DNA of 50,491 bases from Paraglomus brasilianum (GCA_910592345.1 CAJVPI010000132.1:1-50491); one strand, 5' to 3'; counted from the first letter of the stretch, positions 13,901 to 27,466 are shown. Notes: generated by a model not told the origin, from the letters alone. Program-made: numbers and translations.

Positions 13901-15330
13901 TGCATAGCGACCCTCTCTATACAGCATTACCAATACAAGCTTGAAGCGTAACACATAAAGTTTAGAGATTGCTGTACGTTACATTTTTCCCAGAAGTTTG
14001 CTTTAGCTAAGATTACTCATCTGTAAACAATATAGTTTAGTTAATTAAACTACTTTTTACTCCAGAATCAACATCACAATTTTCGCATGTGAAAATGACA
14101 AGAGTTCAATTAATATTTTCAAGATTGATGTTTCTCTCTGCCACAATTGAGTTATTTTAGTGCCGACAAAGAGAGATGAGGGTCATCTTAGCTTTAACTA
14201 TAGTTGGCGTTATGAGTAGTCCATCATTATTATTGCATAGCCAACAATTCATCCCTTCAAAGCAATCCCTATTACTATAAATAAATGTGCCCGGTTTCTG
14301 CTCTTCTACTCTTTAGGCAAATGCTATTTGAAATTTGTACTACTGAATTTTATATACGTCGACCATATGATTGTAACACAAGCAATTACAGCGCGAGTAA
14401 TAATATCAGATGTAGTAATAGTTCAAAATGCGATTCGTGTAACCAGCATAAATATTGTGTGTTGTTACATAGTAATAGATCAATATCATCTTGCGAACTC
14501 CTAATATAGTCGAAGCTATTCAAGAAGGGGAGGTGGCTTTGTTGACGAGTAAGGATTCCAACGCCAATTGTTTGTTGAGAAAATGCTAACCTGCACCTCG
14601 TGAGATTACGACCGATTTCTTTCCCAATATAGTTAAGACAACCAGACGCAAGCGAGAAAACCACGTGAAATTCGAATCAGCCCATATTAACTATTGTCCA
14701 TTAAATTCACGCAGCCTGCCATCCCACACAAACGACCGTTTGCATTGAGCACAGATTTCTTGCAAGCTGAGCGGAGGAATTTACAAGCGCTTTGCTCCAC
14801 AGAATTAGTAATTGGCTCCCATTCAAAAACTGCAAACAATATTCCCCTCCTATTTTGATCATAACTTGTTACACGATTTTCCAAATTTTATCATCAAACA
14901 ATTGAAAACCCCCACACTTGATCCATACGATTGGGCATATTTAAGCAAGGGAATGTAAGGGAAAAGAGTAGACTAGAAGAATAGGATCATAGAGATTTTT
15001 ATATAAAGCCACTAGGTTGCATAGCAAACAAATTATCGCTTTGCTGTTCGCGGAAGAACCAATTACGTTGGTTAATTGGAATTGGACTTTCGCCCAGTCT
15101 AGAGATTTCTTTGACAGCAGAGTTTTGTATTTATACCATTCGTAATATTGTAGAATAATAGAATTTCGATAATAGTTTTTCTCACCAGCTTTGTTCATTG
15201 TTGGGAAAGTGAGCAAAGAAGCACAGCTGCACTTCGAAAACGGTAACGAGCCGTTAAAGCCATCACAAATTCATACCCACCTCCAAATTTCGTCCTCTTA
15301 TTACACTTACCATCTCCCACACCACCTCCA

Positions 15331-17981
15331 ATGTCTGAGCGATCCGTATCAGCTGATAACGGCGGAACAGGACAGTATTTAGACCCAAGCTATGTCCGAA
15401 TCGCTGGTCTCTTTGCATGGACAGCCACTGGTTTGTCTGTAATGGCCATATGGTCACATTTAAAGAACTATAGGAAACCGGTAAGTGGAGATACGCCGGG
15501 AAGACGTGAAAGGAAGTGAGGTGAAACGTTAATAGAAAAACACGTATACGGAAAGATATGTGAGGGAAAAATCCATGTTTTTAAAATAACAATTCGAACA
15601 TACGTACACATAGGCAAGTCATTACAAGTTTACTAATTTCATTTCTTGACAACAACCCTTTGACTTTTTCAATTAGCATCTTCAAAGATATGTCGTAAGG
15701 ATAATAGCAATGTAAGATTTTCATACTAACCCCCAATTGCAACAACAGACACTTCACCGGTCCTAATGTTTCAATTGTCGCTAGCATTGATCCATTATTA
15801 CGATTAGGATAACATTTTTTATGTTTAAATTATATTACACACAGGGTACCGATATATGCAATATCATCGTGGATAAGTCTGATTTCATTACGCACGGCAT
15901 TCTACTTGGATGCGGTTCGGGATATTTATGAGGTAAATTGAAGTAGAGAAATTTTGTCAATAGAATTTCGTAGGAACACGGGTAATGTGGGAAGGGCGAA
16001 TGAAAGTATAAAGATAATGGGGAATTGTTGGATCAGTTTCGCATTTCTTCTCTATATTCATTCAACACCATTTTGCCATTTCTTTTGTTACAAATATATA
16101 ATCAATTCTCTATTTGCAATTTATTTCCTAAGGCTTTCGTAATGTATTGTTTCTTCAACCTGCTTGTAAACTATCTCGGCGGTGATCGTTCTCTCTTAAT
16201 CTTCCTTCATGGCCGCCCACCTCTAGTCACGACTGGCTTCATTCGCTTATTCATCAAAGAAATAGACATGTCAGATCCTCGCGTTTTTCTCTTTTTAAAA
16301 CGAAGTATCCTCCAATATGTTTATCTCAAACCGCTCTTAGCTGCAGCCACCATGATACTAAAGTGGAACGAGACGTATAACGATGGAACAATCTCGATGA
16401 AGAGCGGGTATTTTTGGATTGCAATGATTTATAATATTAGCTGTACACTTTGTTTGGCCTGCTTGGTGATTTTTTATACGGTTTTGAAGGACGATCTGGC
16501 ACCTTACAGGTAAAGTTAAGGAGTTGCGGTGAGATAGGACTTGGCAACAAGTCTGGAACTTGGATATGAAAACGGACATTTATCTAAACATTCAAATGTT
16601 TTTGTTTTTTTTTTTTTAAAAAAAAAAAAAAAAGGCCTTTCCCTAAATTCGTCTGCGTCAAAATGATTATCTTCTTTTCATTCTGGCAAGGCCTCGGCTT
16701 GGCTATTCTATCTTGGCTTGGAATAATCAGTGATAGTAAAGAGTCAAGTGACGGAGATGGTATGTAACATGTGTTGGTAGATTTTATTATGATGTGTGAA
16801 TAAAACAGACAGGGCATCAGGATTCTGTGGGAATGCGTTGCGCCGAAATGACATTCAAGCCTATATCTGACGCAACCTAAATTATATGTTTGTTGAATCA
16901 ATAGATGCAGGACAATTGTCAGCTGAGAATAGATCCGTTGCAATTCAGGATTTTTTGATATGTATGGAAATGGCGCTCGCTGCCGCGGGACATTGGTGAA
17001 TATTTGGAAAATTTTATCATTGATTCGTTCTCTTCCTACTTAATTTCGCTAACACTCCTCTGACGTTTTCACAAATTTAACCAAAGGTATGCGTACTCCT
17101 ATAAAGACTACATAGATCCAACAATACAATCCGCTCGAATGCCAATTTACTATGCTTTTAAAGACTCGATGGGAACAAAGGATGTGTTTGAAGACACGCT
17201 GGAGATAATCCATGGTCGAGACTTTACTTATCGCACTTTCGAACCCGCCGAAGGCATGGCACATACCGGTCCATCTCGCGCAAAGCGTGCAAATGCCGGC
17301 CTGCGTATATATGGTGGCGGCACAACAAAGCACTGGCTTACCGAACGAAATTCTGCAATTCCCGATGATTGCCAATCTCTCCACTTTCCTGACTCTCTCG
17401 ACGAAGACGTGGAAAGTATGTACAAGATCAGCCGGCAATTAGGCGAGCATGGGGATTATAATTTCCCAGTTATAAGTACGACCGAGGTCGTTGGGCACAC
17501 GAGACCAAAACCCAAGAGAAAATACACTATATCGAAGAGGAAGCAAAAGGGAAAGGATAAAGGGTTACGAAATGTATTTGAACCAGAAAGTGATGATGAG
17601 GAAGATACGAATAATTTGCTTGCGGCAAATGGCGAAAAGAAGGTGCGTCAGTTGAGCGAGACGAATGTACCGCCATTTCGTACCGGCTGTGTAGATTTGA
17701 TTGTTAAAGATGAGACAGGAAAGAAATTGGAAAGCTATGTCGATATGATTCCGTCGGCGTCAACTTCAAGCGAGCGGCCATCTTTTACGGCTATAAGCGT
17801 ACTTGATCCTTTTATCTTGGGAATGCCTGGAATGTCAGATATAAGCAGGAGAATAAGCGTTGCAGAAAAGGTTGTGAGGAATACGGACGAGAAGGAGGAA
17901 GAGGAAGAGCAGGAAGGACCCCAACAGCCTCTTGGAACTGAATACGAGGACGACATCTGGAAAAAGAACGTTTGGGGGTAG
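15331..17981 (+). CDS. HFL1: Hfl1/TMEM184 (organic solute transporter alpha/DUF300) vacuolar membrane protein, 7 exons
   Basis: Spliced reading HLKNYRKP|HLQRYVVRIIAM|VPIYAISSW...DIYE|AFVMYCFFNLLVNYLGG...APYR|PFPKFVCVKMIIFFSFWQG...IQDFLICMEMALAAAGHW|YAYSYKDY. The C-terminal tail has LHFPDSLDEDVESMYKISRQLGEHGDYNFPV, resembling the Hfl1 Atg8-binding segment. Confidence 0.9.
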
Positions 17982-18839
17982 TGACGTTTTCTCACCGGAA
18001 AAGACATTACACCTTTTACAAACATTTTAATACTTTTGCAAAAGTGACAATTTCATTTAAATGTTTAACTGTGCTGACACAATCGTGAATTTGTGTTAAT
18101 TGTAAGAATTTTTTTCCCCTTCATTCTTTGTTTTATAAACCGTTTTTTTTTTTTAATATTTTCAGAAGGGTTTACTTTACACCGTAAGCTGTAGATTCTG
18201 TAGGGACACTTGTTAAAATTAGGACAATTGCTTACAATACATAAAAGTGTATCGCTGGTTCTTATATATGATGGGAATAATGAACGTCTTTGCTCCTCTC
18301 TACCGCGTGTAAAACACAGGCATCACTTTGCTTTCATGAGATCGAAGTCCCAAAATTTATGGTGTAAATTGTATGTATATGCGTATCAGTATATATACAG
18401 TTTAATCTCGCAAAAGCAACGGAATCCGGTTTTCGCACGAAACCGTTAGGAAATCCACAACAAATCTTCATGTTAATTGAATAGAAGGCATAAGAATTCA
18501 AACACAATATGATTATCCTTGCAATAATTCGGATTTTACTTGGTTGAAAAATGCATCCGCACAGAGCCGAAACCTATTTTCGCGTTTTAGTGTTTTGTCT
18601 TCAATTCTTCTCAACAGTCAGGGCATTCTATTTTATAACTGTACAAATAAAAGTTCTTGTAGACTTTCGCCCATAAAAAACTAGTACAAAACTACGCATA
18701 ACAATTATGTCTCAAATATTAATGTATTATTGCGTTGGTTCTGAAGAAACGCGTGTGCAAATTTCGTGTTATTTGTAAACATAACAAACATTAGATTATA
18801 TAAATAAACTCGATGTCCTTCATAATAATAAGTAATCAG

Positions 18840-19378
18840 CAAACCGGAAATATGCAGGTCCTTTCGAAAAAATTACCTTATATTATGACGCCCAGAGCAG
18901 ATTTACAATATTTAAAAATGACGGCTCGATTTAATATTGAAATGTGGTTCCAACAGGAAAGTTTGGACCAAAAGCATCTATTACCTTTGATAAATAAGGA
19001 ATTTAAGGGGTACTTTGTTTCAAGATGAAACACTTCGTGGCGATCACTTAAAAACCACCATTCCCCATCATCAAGAAAATTCATAACCCGTAAGCTTCCA
19101 GTCCTATACTGCTAAAGCTGTCAAGCAACGGATTTTAAAAGAAAACAGTTTATTTAGTGTGATTAAATGAATGTTAATGTTGCCGAGCCATTTTCGAGAA
19201 AGTCAGTCCGAACTAAACCGCAGGCCTTACCAAGTCAGTCTCCTGACTTAAATCCAATTGAGCATTTGTGGAAAGAAAATAAGAAGCAGATTACAGGTAA
19301 TAATGGGGCCTGATAGAAAGTATGCCACAAAGACTAGAAGCAGTTATTACAAACAACGGATGGCTAACTAAATATTGA
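18840..19378 (+). mobile_element. Tc1/mariner (DDE_3) transposase relic
   Basis: LPSQSPDLNPIEHLWKE at ~19227-19277 and the typical Tc1 end ESMPQRLEAVITNNGWLTKY* (stop 19376-19378). The upstream part is degenerate and its left boundary is approximate. Confidence 0.8.
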
Positions 19379-19533
19379 TTTATATATCGTTACTTCGAAA
19401 ATACATAGCCTTAAATCTATTACCATAGATGAAGATGAAGACGTGACATTTGTTTACTTGTCAAATGTAATAGTCAAATACGATACAAACGGCACTGTCA
19501 CCACCACCACCACCACTTCCGCCGCACTTCATC

Positions 19534-19902
19534 AGTTGAAATATCGTATGTTAACAACATGGCATGGCTGGAGCCAGATAAATATATCAGCCATGCCAGC
19601 TAGCGGCCTCGCAACGGCGGCGGCAATACAAAACAGCTCATGCTGGAGTGGATCTTTTTAGTTGAAACATCGTATGTTAACAACATGGCATGGCTGGAGC
19701 CAGATAAATATATCAGCCATGCCAGCTAGCGGCCTCGCAACGGCGGCGGCAATACAAAACAGCTCATGCTGGAGTGGATCTTTTTAGTTGAAATATCGTA
19801 TGTTAACAACATGGCATGGCTGGAGCCAGATAAATATATCAGCCATGCCAGTTAGCGGCCTCGCAATGGCGGCGGCAATACAAAACAGTCATGCTGGAGT
19901 GG
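19534..19902. repeat. Tandem array of ~2.9 x 126-bp near-identical units, each with an 11-bp inverted repeat
   Basis: Units start at 19534, 19660 and 19786. Each contains TGGCATGGCTG-N17-CAGCCATGCCA. Confidence 0.95.
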
Positions 19903-21217
19903 CTGGGCGCATTTTTCAAATTTCGTCCAGGCAAGATTAAAGCGAAATTCTCCCGGCTTACCAGTTTCATTACGTCTTAAAAACCAAGGCATTGAAACTT
20001 ATTGGTCTATGAAACATTTTTATGTAGTTTGCGCAATTAATGAATTTGTATGTGGACGAATTTTGTCCAGGTAGTGTACGTGGTTGAATAAAATATAAAA
20101 AATTATCAAGCGAAAAACGAAACCGCATTGTTGAATGTAGCAATTGATTATAGTCCTTATTATTTTTTTTGCCAGAGCCCATAAACATATCATCGTTAAA
20201 CCTCTTCAAGTTTGTTCACGATAAAGGTAACCATCCCTAAAGTATTTATTTAGTGATAAAACTTCACAAACTTGCTAGCAGCTAAATCATCTCTTGTACG
20301 TTATATTACACGTTAATTGGTACTTTACTTTAGTTCCAGAATGGTTTTGCAAAGCCCCAATATTTTTACTCCGAAAAGATAAAAACACTCGCGAAATGCC
20401 AGGCTTTGTTATTTGAATGGAACGACGCGGGCTTCAATGACACTCTCGCACACCAAATTGTCGGAATGGTATGGCTGGGCAAACTAAAGAGTCTATTATT
20501 GCAAGTCTCTTGGCTACGGAACAATCGACTATTTAAACTATTTGCAATCTCAGCTTGGATTACGCGAACTGCAGCTTTAAAACGATAATGGGACTAAATA
20601 TATCGTTTTCTTCAAAATACAATCAATTAGTCGTCACTAGACATTTCCCAAAATTTAGTAATAGGGTTTGTGCAATTGAGCCAAAAACGATGGTTCGTAC
20701 ATAATACACATAACCTTAACACTATTATCGTTTTGTGTTCCAATAATGTAATATCCACAATTTGTAAATAACCTTGGTAACAATCACCAATTTTGTCACA
20801 CCTAGCTAGCGTCAAGTAGTCATCACAACAGCCTGCTTGCATCATTTTACTGCCCCCAATAATAATAAACTGTCATTTGCCTGGTATGCGTCGAATACTT
20901 GTAACCGAAACGTTAATATGATTGCATCCTACAACAATGAATGATATTAGAGCGATTAGTGTGAGATTACCATCGCACGTGAATGCCTGGAATGCCTGAT
21001 CATGATTTAACTTCCCCCTGGAGTAGAGCCCTGCCCTGGAATGGCGTTATTACTACGGCAATTTTGTATTCCATATTACGTCACATAAAAAAAACTCAAC
21101 ATTCTTTTGATTGATAAATGCTGCGCAACCAATGACGCACGCTCACTGCTAAACCGCCGGTTTTTTTTCCATACCTTCCCTCCCTTCCTCACCGTTCTTA
21201 CCAACCACTGTGCATCT

Positions 21218-22528
21218 ATGGCAGACGCTGAAGATAAATCCGCTGGGCCCTCGGCCACAGCGCACGAAGAGGAGAAGGTATGAACATGGGAGAGCGTGAT
21301 TAAGTGTGTATTACGCGCGTTATTCCACGAGAGAATGTTGCTGTGCCAGGAGGATTAGATTAATGGGGGAGAAGGAGGGGGAGGAATGGGGGACGACAAG
21401 CAAAGGGGGAAAAGGAAAAAGAATTTACTACATCTATGGAAAATTAGAAGTTGTTCGATTGGAAATGTTTACTAATCATGTAATATTTCGTCTGGATGCA
21501 GGAAGAAGCACCAGAGTCGCCTGAAGTCGAGTTTGAACCAGTCATCAAGCTTAGCCAAGTGGAAATTAAGACGCTTGAGGAAGATGAAGATGTTTTATTT
21601 AAAATGTATGATGACCTGTTTGTCGTAACATGAAGATTTCAAAAAATGCGTCAACTATTTTTTTTTTCTTGTTTGCATTTTTATTATTATTTTATTGAAT
21701 TTCTTTTTGCCAATGTCTGTTGTTGTTTATGCTTTTACCTATTCGCTTGTCCGTTCACAATCATTCTGCATGTTTCATATCCAACCTAAAACAGGCGAGC
21801 AAAATTGTTTCGATTTGACAAGCCACTAAAGGAATGGAAAGAGCGTGGAATTGGTGATGTGCGTTTTCTTCAACACAAGGAAACTAAGAAAGTCCGTTTG
21901 GTAATGCGACGAGATAAGACACACAAAGTATGTGCTAATCATTATGGTAAGTTATCTGAAGAAATTTTTATGTTTGATTTTGACGTGAAAGAAATTGAGC
22001 TCTGTTTCTTGGGTCTCTATGGTGTGATTAATGCTTTGTTAACGTATTATATGATGCTCGCTGTTTCAGTCACGCCGGAAATGCAACTCTCGCCTAATGT
22101 TGGTTCAGACCGTTCCTGGGTTTGGAGTGTCGCTGCTGATGTGTCGGATGGCGAACCCAAGGCAGAAACATTAGCTATTCGATTTGCAAATCCAGAAAGT
22201 AAGTAACGTATTCTTATGTAATATTGAAAGAGTTATCACCACGTTATACAGTCTGAATAGAGTGTCTAGTATTGCCGTTTTGAAAAGTCTACTTTTGTTT
22301 TGATCAAGATTTTATCCCTTTTTGCTACTTTCTGACTTCGTCTTTGTTTACTTGCCAGATGCGAACACCTTTAAAGAGAAGTTCCTCGAGGTCCGAGAAA
22401 TCAATACTGAGTTAATGAATAAGACTAAAAATAAAGAACAAGATTCCAGCAAGGAATCTGACAAGGCAGAAACAAAAAGCGAGGAATCAAAACAGACGGA
22501 TAAATCACCAACCGAGGCCAGTGATTAG
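21218..22528 (+). CDS. YRB1: Ran-specific GTPase-activating protein 1 (RanBP1/Yrb1), 5 exons
   Basis: [34 protein letters not shown]...[15 protein letters not shown]...[36 protein letters not shown]...[13 protein letters not shown] introns at ~21278-21501, 21606-21794, 21947-22069 and 22199-22358. Confidence 0.95.
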
Positions 22529-23211
22529 GTGTGTGCGGTCGATGGGCGGGAAGGCGTGTTGCTTTATTATATTTTCATCTTTGATGTATTAGATAATATT
22601 TTATGTCACGTGTGCCTTAGGATACGTGACTATTAAGAGATTGATATTTAGATGTCTTGTCCTCAGGAAAGGGTTTCATTACGTAATTGTGAAGGTTACA
22701 TGAACTATTAAACAACTCGAGCTACGAGAATAATCGAGACATTACTGATTGTCCTTGTACTCTGCTAATAATTGTATAAATGTATTTTGAATTTGCCCTT
22801 TGTCAATCGCAGTGACTAATAATAGTTGTCAAGGATGAGGCATCTGGTGATGACTAAACGTTTCTCTGGAACCCGTTTTGCCCGAATATAATTGTCGAAA
22901 ACAACTCTCGGTACGGTTTAGAATTTAGTCTCCTAACGGCCCGATTCTTTTAATGTATAGAAACAGCAACTTTATATACTTATTCAGCATTTGTGCACAA
23001 CATAGTAAATATCGAACGCAATACTACTAATCTACTAAACTAATCTAAATACTTTTTAATAAAGAACCCTCCTAAAAACATTGTCTGCATAGGCTATTCA
23101 CCCGTATCTGTATCCAAATTATCCCCGACAACAAAAGTTCAATGAAATCGTACAAGTCCCAACCGTTCACTCTCTCGAAGCGGACGCTCTGTAGATAAGA
23201 ATTATTAGATT

Positions 23212-25001
23212 CTAAGCGGGTGTGGCAGTATAGTGACCAGCTCTTGATCCACGCCATAGTGATCTAAAAGGGAAGTAATGAGTATGAATAACTAGACATT
23301 GGAGAACTGACATATTTCATAATACATTACCCGGCACCGAAACCAGCACCCAGTAGTACTCCGGATATAACTGCTGCCGTCCACACCTTGACGGTAATAT
23401 CTCCGCTATACCTGAGTTAAATAGCACGGTTAATCAGAATTTACAACGCGAAATCACCTAAACAAGATTGTACATATTTCTCCTATAGCGCCGATATTCT
23501 TTCCTTTCCCCGTTCTTTACCACTTCCATATCCCCCCCCCCGCGCGTTTGATTCTGTCTTTGTCATTTCCATTCAGCACTAATACATACCACTTATTCCC
23601 ATCGTCGCTACTTCCATCAACACTATGTCCACTTTCCTTCTTCCAATTTTTCCGCGCAGACTTCGAAATGCTGATTTCATCCAACGACAGCGAAGAAACG
23701 CTTTCGTATTCACTCGTACTATTGCTAGTCTTACTTTGCCCATCCTCTTCATCTTGTTGTCTGTTCAGATTCCGACGCCTGCTCTTGGATGATTCAGAAA
23801 CATAGCTCTCTTCTTGCTCTTCCTCTTCATCATCACTTTTAGTCAATTGGTCACTGCCGGTCTCCAGGAACGACGTCGTCGGTGGCGATGATGGGGCAGA
23901 ATAGACAATACGAGGTGAATGGCTAGTGTTGAAACTACGCTCGATCATAGCTTCAGCTTTATCTTGGAACGGTGGTGACACTGATCCACGACTGTGTCGG
24001 ACGCTTGTGCGGTGGTGAATTATTGGCTGCACATATTTATGTGCGGTTGAGGATGATGCAGATGTTGAAGTATCATTCGTGACTACTGATGTGGAATTAA
24101 AGTGTGGAGATGTGTCACGAGGGAAGAATAAAGGTGAGGGATTTGTGGGATTAGTGGCGAGTGTACGAAAGCGATTTGCTGTTCGGGCGCGGAGTTCACG
24201 TTCGCGGGCTTGGCGGAATCTTGGTCTTTCTGAGGAGGCGAGTATTGTTGATAGACTAAATGACACAACAGGATGTATTTGATAGGCATGAGAAAGCAGG
24301 TATCATAAAAAAAAAAGAGGAGGAGGGAGAGAGGTAAGGGGGAGAGAGGTAAGGGGGAGAGAGAGAAGGAAAGGTAGGGGGGAGGCTCAGGTAAACCAGT
24401 ATTTGGCAAACGAAGAATGGTTCTGCGACACCATTTATCTCGAGTTAATAACAAACACGAGCCTTCCCTACCTTGCTCTTAGAGCCTCTTCTTGTTCGAT
24501 TTCTATATTTCTAGGAAGATTCAACACACCACGAGGTCTCTCTTCCTGATCTTCTACTGGGGAATCAGATATTAAGTCGTCGTCGTTATCAGCTTGGTAT
24601 GCCTCGAGATCTGAATCAGAAGTATGAATATTAGGGGAAAGCGAAACCCATGAACCTGTTGTAAGGTAATGCGAGGTTTTACGCAACCGGAAAGGTAGAG
24701 TATAGAAGGTGAAGAACAAGTGCTATTAGTGTAGTAATGACGAGAGTGAACACGCCAAGAGTATACCATTGATTGGCGATTATGTATCGTTCGCTATATT
24801 AGGGCAACATCTCGTGTTTGCCTGAAGAGGAGTTCACTCATACGAAAAAAAAGTCAGAAAGTATGACTAACCAATGCCTGCTGGAGTGGATGTTCCTGTT
24901 AACAGCACGGGACTTTCATATCGTTCGCCTTGATTATCACTTGCTTCGTCGCCAACGCCTACTGGACTGCCAGTTGAAGCCTGCGCGTATCGCGTAGCCA
25001 T
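23212..25001 (-). CDS. Uncharacterised 370-aa Ser/acidic, largely disordered tail-anchored protein (candidate autophagy receptor), 5 exons
   Basis: Exons 25001-24872, 24655-24472, 24255-23590, 23411-23331 and 23263-23212 join through GT-AG introns into one 1113-nt frame. C-terminus VKVWTAAVISGVLLGAGFGAGSLWRGSRAGHYTATPA*; motif GSWVSL near the N-terminus. Confidence 0.75.
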
Positions 25002-27466
25002 ACAAACGATTATCACTTCTTTGCTATGATTACTTATGGATAGATGTAGACCGGTTTACAATACAGTTTGAAAAGAGGACGATGAGGGGGTTGTTGGAAT
25101 GAAAATTATTTTTACAATTAATATGTATAGTATCTAGCAGACACCCGCATAAAGTTTGCCGTATTGGCAGAATTTATTTGAATAGAATATAGATGGATTG
25201 TTGTTTTCGCAGTAACCGGGTAGGATAGTCACGCGGACAATATTAATATACCACGGATAAATTAAACCGACAGAAGAAGTCTGAACTAGGTCGATACTAG
25301 AATGCAAAAAACAGAGAACACGGAAAATACTCGCCTTTCGGGTCTTTGACGGCGCAAAAGACCTTTATGACGCAAGTATTTTACATGATCACGGGAACCG
25401 TGCATGACCCGATGCAGAATTCAGGGGTAAATTAGGTCTTTGACTTGATTATTTCAAACTTTGAAAAACTGGTAGGACTCGTACTATTATTGGGTGGTCA
25501 CGTATGAAATAGGAAATCTATATTCGTCATAATCACTTGGAAAAAAACGGTTGTATACTGCAAAGGGGTCTATCCGTAATGGTAAGCCTTATCAATGAGT
25601 CAGTTAGTCCTATTGTTGGTTTGTACAGTGCCCAGCTATACCGCTTTTAGAAATTGTATTTGACCGTGAGAATCTACAGTAAATTCGCAGCGAATCTTAA
25701 TATAGTGTGACAAATACAGCAGGTGGGATGTTTTACAAATGAGATGATAAGACGATCATCTGTCATTGGTTGACCAGGTATATTTATTCGAATGCTAACA
25801 AAGCGTATTAGTATTAATGAGTCATAAATAAAGAATTAAAGAAGATTCCAAGTTTACAAACATATTTATAATTGAAGTAACACTTATCAATCGACAATAC
25901 CAGCCGGCAACTTTTAAAGAAAAACTATTTGATCTACTTGTTGGGTTAACAATAAATAGCAAGTCGTCATAGTGCATGTGTTATATTAGTTAAAGTATGT
26001 TTGTGTAAGGGTACTCCTTTTTGATGTTCCTACATAAAGAGTATTTTATTGTCTCTTTCTTGAGCCCTTGCAGTTCAGTAGTATCCCTGTTGGATTAAAT
26101 ACATATCTAGCGCTAATACTAACGGAATACCTTCTAAAGATTGGACACGTGAGAGTTGATGATCTATGTTTGGTGGTTCGTGCATTGCGGATCATTTGTG
26201 TTACATTGACAAATGTCGATTATCAGAGATCGTACACTAGTCTATATTTCTGATTCAATAGAAACTCCAGTCTGTAACAATATTCTGAATGCTGTAACTT
26301 GGAGCTTTATTTCTTCCTGAACTTTGCGTTCGTCCTGAGATAAAAAAAACTCGTCAAGACTTTTAGTAATGATTGGTTGCTAGCGATTGGTTCAACATGG
26401 TACTGAAATCGCAATATTAATTCCTATCACCATATCGAAGATGAATAATATTTCCCACGGTATATGCATTCGAACTATCAATATATTTCCCAGTTGCAGA
26501 TTTTGTTAACAATCACAAGTTAAGTGACTCAAGTTCTTTTCGTACAACAACATGTTCCATTATATTAGGACTATAAAAGAACCCAACTGTTTTTATCTGT
26601 ATATTTGTGAATTAATTCACAAAGCATCCAACGCTAACAGACATTGGGTTGATCTTTATGTCGATACTTTGTGCATTGTCTTCGACAAGCACAATGCTTA
26701 TTTAGTATTAGCCTTATCGCAGGTATATTTGCTGTTATGCTATATTGATAATTTACTTAACTGTATTTGTAAATTAATTAAGCCGCGTCCGCGTTCTCAA
26801 AGCTTCTTTGCAATGGACTACGCGCTCTTATTATTTTCATCGAGCATTCCACCAATTCAAGTCCAATTTTTAACATACAATTATTTTCTAGAAAAAATTT
26901 ACTTGTTACATAACTGGATTTCAATACGTTTCTCTAAACTATTACAAACGACAAAAGATTCATACTTTCGTTATGTGAATAGACAGTACGTGTTCCGTGT
27001 GGTATTTGGTTATTTTAGTCGGTCAAGATTCAGGTAATCTCGCCTGTAATTCCGATCCCACCAAGAATGTCAGACATTAATTTTCACTATAAATAATGTC
27101 TTTTACTCAGAAACCATCTTTCGTTAAATATCTATAACCCAAAATCAAACCGTACAGTACGTACAGCTATTCAAGTTCCTCGACAAGCCCATCACTTTAG
27201 GTCGTCTATGCCTAAATGCTCTTGCTCGGGTATCGGCTTAGAGTCTCAATTCTAATGGGCCTTTTGCACGTTCAGTTCGTATTTTACAATGAGATTCCAA
27301 TAAGGGTAGGCTATTGATCAAATAATTGCCAATGGTCCTCTGCCTCCGTTCACACTACATACTCTTCTATACTTGTCACCATCTCTTAACACGTTATTCG
27401 CTTATCATATACTATTACAAATGGCAAGACTTCATTCAATAATTTTACATGTCAGTGTTTTGATCA

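Noticed and set aside
8150..15250. Many short ORFs and degenerate coding-like stretches
   Set aside because: Probably old transposon or pseudogene debris, but no motif could be identified well enough to name a family.
19534..19902. CRISPR-like appearance (palindromic repeat at regular spacing)
   Set aside because: The intervening sequences are identical rather than unique spacers, there are no cas genes, and the context is eukaryotic.
21606..21794. Box C-like ATGATGA at the start of YRB1 intron 2
   Set aside because: It overlaps the donor site, and no box D (CTGA) or terminal stem was seen, so a snoRNA is unsupported.
26200..27037. 161-aa plus-strand ORF and decayed minus-strand coding-like sequence
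   Set aside because: AT-rich shadow-like composition and no family signature.
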